A stretch of 63,606 nucleotides of DNA, the filler included, from Globobulimina sp. (Eukaryota): assembly GCA_003354225.1 (NCBI GenBank). It is 45 parts of 45 records of this genome, joined end to end, with 100 filler letters (N's around TTAATTAATTAA, not from the genome) between each part and the next. Parts side by side here need not be neighbours in the genome. Positions count along the whole stretch, not along the records: positions 60,877 to 62,191 come from PIVH01018838.1; positions 62,292 to 63,606 come from PIVH01018839.1; 43 more parts are not named here. One strand, written 5' to 3'. Positions 61,952 through 63,606 of this stretch are shown here, in pieces. Below the pieces are notes generated by a model. It was not told where the DNA came from. It saw nothing but the letters and a program-made list of their open reading frames with translations, and ran no database searches. Position numbers and translations under genes: made by a program. Positions within the stretch are counted from its first letter, which is position 1; every line of letters begins with the position of its first letter.

Positions 61952-62191
61952 ATGTCTATACGAATGCAGGCCGATGATTTTTTCAATGCTTATCAGGTAT
62001 TAAATGATAATAATGAGGACTTGATTAGTAAATTAGAGGACTTGGCTGGAAAACCGCTAGTTGGAACGAAAGAACTAGGTACCCGTCCTACTGGGGGAGT
62101 ATATATAGTTTGTTTGGCGTTTTCACTTGAGCTTTATTTTAAAGACCTTCATTTTGCTCTTAAAGGGAAAGCACCTCGTGGTCATAATATC
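61952..62191 (+). CDS. Bacterial HEPN-like protein, 3'-partial
   Basis: VCLAFSLELYFK...RGHNI; upstream AAGGGA RBS-like. Confidence 0.65.
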
Positions 62192-63606
62192 NNNNNNNNN
62201 NNNNNNNNNNNNNNNNNNNNNNNNNNNNNNNNNNNTTAATTAATTAANNNNNNNNNNNNNNNNNNNNNNNNNNNNNNNNNNNNNNNNNNNNGGTTGGTTT
62301 AATGGGCTTATCAATACGCCATCAGCTGTGAGCAATAAAGTTGCGACAGAATACGTGTTACAAATCAGCGCTATTCACAATAATCCAGCTAATAATTTAA
62401 GTTTTCGATTGGGTGACAATGAACGTTATAATAATATTGATTGGACAGATTTTGTGGTTCGACTCGTTTGTTATAATTATCAACATAACAACAGCAAATT
62501 GTGATGGATTGATAACATCGCTGGGCACTATATTTTTTCAGAAGGAGTTAATTTTGCAAATATTTCTTTATAGAAAATTGTTAATATTACATTATGGCGT
62601 TGATAAAGAATTTGTGTCTGAGATGGTTAGAAAATTAAAAAGTATTCGATCTGATTGGAGAAGGCTCAGTGACAAGTGATCAGTGTCAACGATTTCGCTC
62701 TCGCAGTGATGTGGTTTATTAATTATCATATTTTTACTAAAATGTTAGCTTATGATGTTACTATGAATGTGCTGATATCATTTAATAGTAAGAAACTTCA
62801 GTTTGCTAAAATTGAATGGTTTTGTTAGTGGCTTCGCTTTCTCGTCCATTATTAAAAGATGTGGACCAAGTCGCTAATGATATGCTTCGTGTTCTATATG
62901 TTAATTTGCATAAAAAATGAACAATGAATTCTTTCACGTCCTGCACTTTGCATTGAATATAATGTTTCTCAATTATTGGTCTCAATTCGTCACAACACAT
63001 ATAATACGAAGCTGTTAAATTAGCTGGCTCTGCTTCACTGCCGTTAATGAGATAAGATAAATAGCCAAAGATCTCTTTTGTTTTTACTAGTAGATTGGAA
63101 AGAAAGGCTTCTGTCTCTGCCATGATTCCAAACAATTAAAAATCAAAACAGTTTAAATTTGTACCGAAAATCTCTTCTGAGCGTGTTGTACTCTCTATAT
63201 TGCTAATGCAAGAACCAATACAGTCAGTTAACAAAATTTCATTTAATATGTTATAAATCCACATATTAATTAATATTATATTATTTTACATATACATAGT
63301 ATCGTTTTATTATGTTTAATACCATCAACAATCTTTATATCATGTTTGGTATTACATTTCCGTCAACATTATCGATGTAATTGTTGCCACAAAACACCAC
63401 CAAAATTAAACTTATCACCAAGAAGTGAATCAGAAATAGAAATATTTATTTATGACATGTTACGCAAAAAAGTATGTACCGTAAATATCTGTGATAATAT
63501 TACATTTTCAGTTTTTATAACAACAAAGTTGTACGAAATTTCATATACAATTCTAAATATAACTTTTTTGTTTGAAAAAAGTTATTTTTTTTGTCATCCA
63601 TAAAAG

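Noticed and set aside
1318-62291. Regularly spaced TTAATTAATTAA repeat resembling a CRISPR or tandem array
   Set aside because: Always centred in N runs; it is a synthetic six-frame-stop contig linker
1-63606. Operon or multi-gene system built from neighbouring genes (e.g. RT next to other ORFs)
   Set aside because: Neighbours across spacers are unrelated, length-sorted contigs

Overview
This window is not a contiguous locus. It is 45 unrelated contigs of 1315-1317 bp, sorted by length and joined by a 100-bp spacer (44 N + TTAATTAATTAA + 44 N, a six-frame stop linker), so nothing can be inferred from adjacency across spacers. Most contigs are AT-rich eukaryotic DNA with short (about 55-90 bp) GT-AG introns and protist-type gene families; a foraminiferan/rhizarian source is my inference. 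Recognisable eukaryotic genes include transportin-SR/importin-13-like, CPSF6-like RRM, TM-RGS, apyrase, C45 peptidase, EED/ESC, spastin-like AAA, GH3 and an LPMO-like protein. Two contigs look wholly bacterial (FG-GAP repeat protein; DUF2971 + HEPN-like). At least five contigs are eukaryote/bacterium chimeras (murJ, GFA, kdpA end, metallophosphoesterase, yyaL), as expected from whole-genome amplification of a cell with associated bacteria. The most unusual element is a DIRS-type reverse transcriptase with an approximately 120-aa in-frame insertion, containing a SAM-like domain, between RT motif B and the YIDD motif. There are also several MITE/foldback families, a tRNA-like repeat, a possible Helitron end, and three long reading frames broken only by isolated nonsense codons. 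All protein calls come from motif recognition by eye; no searches were run.
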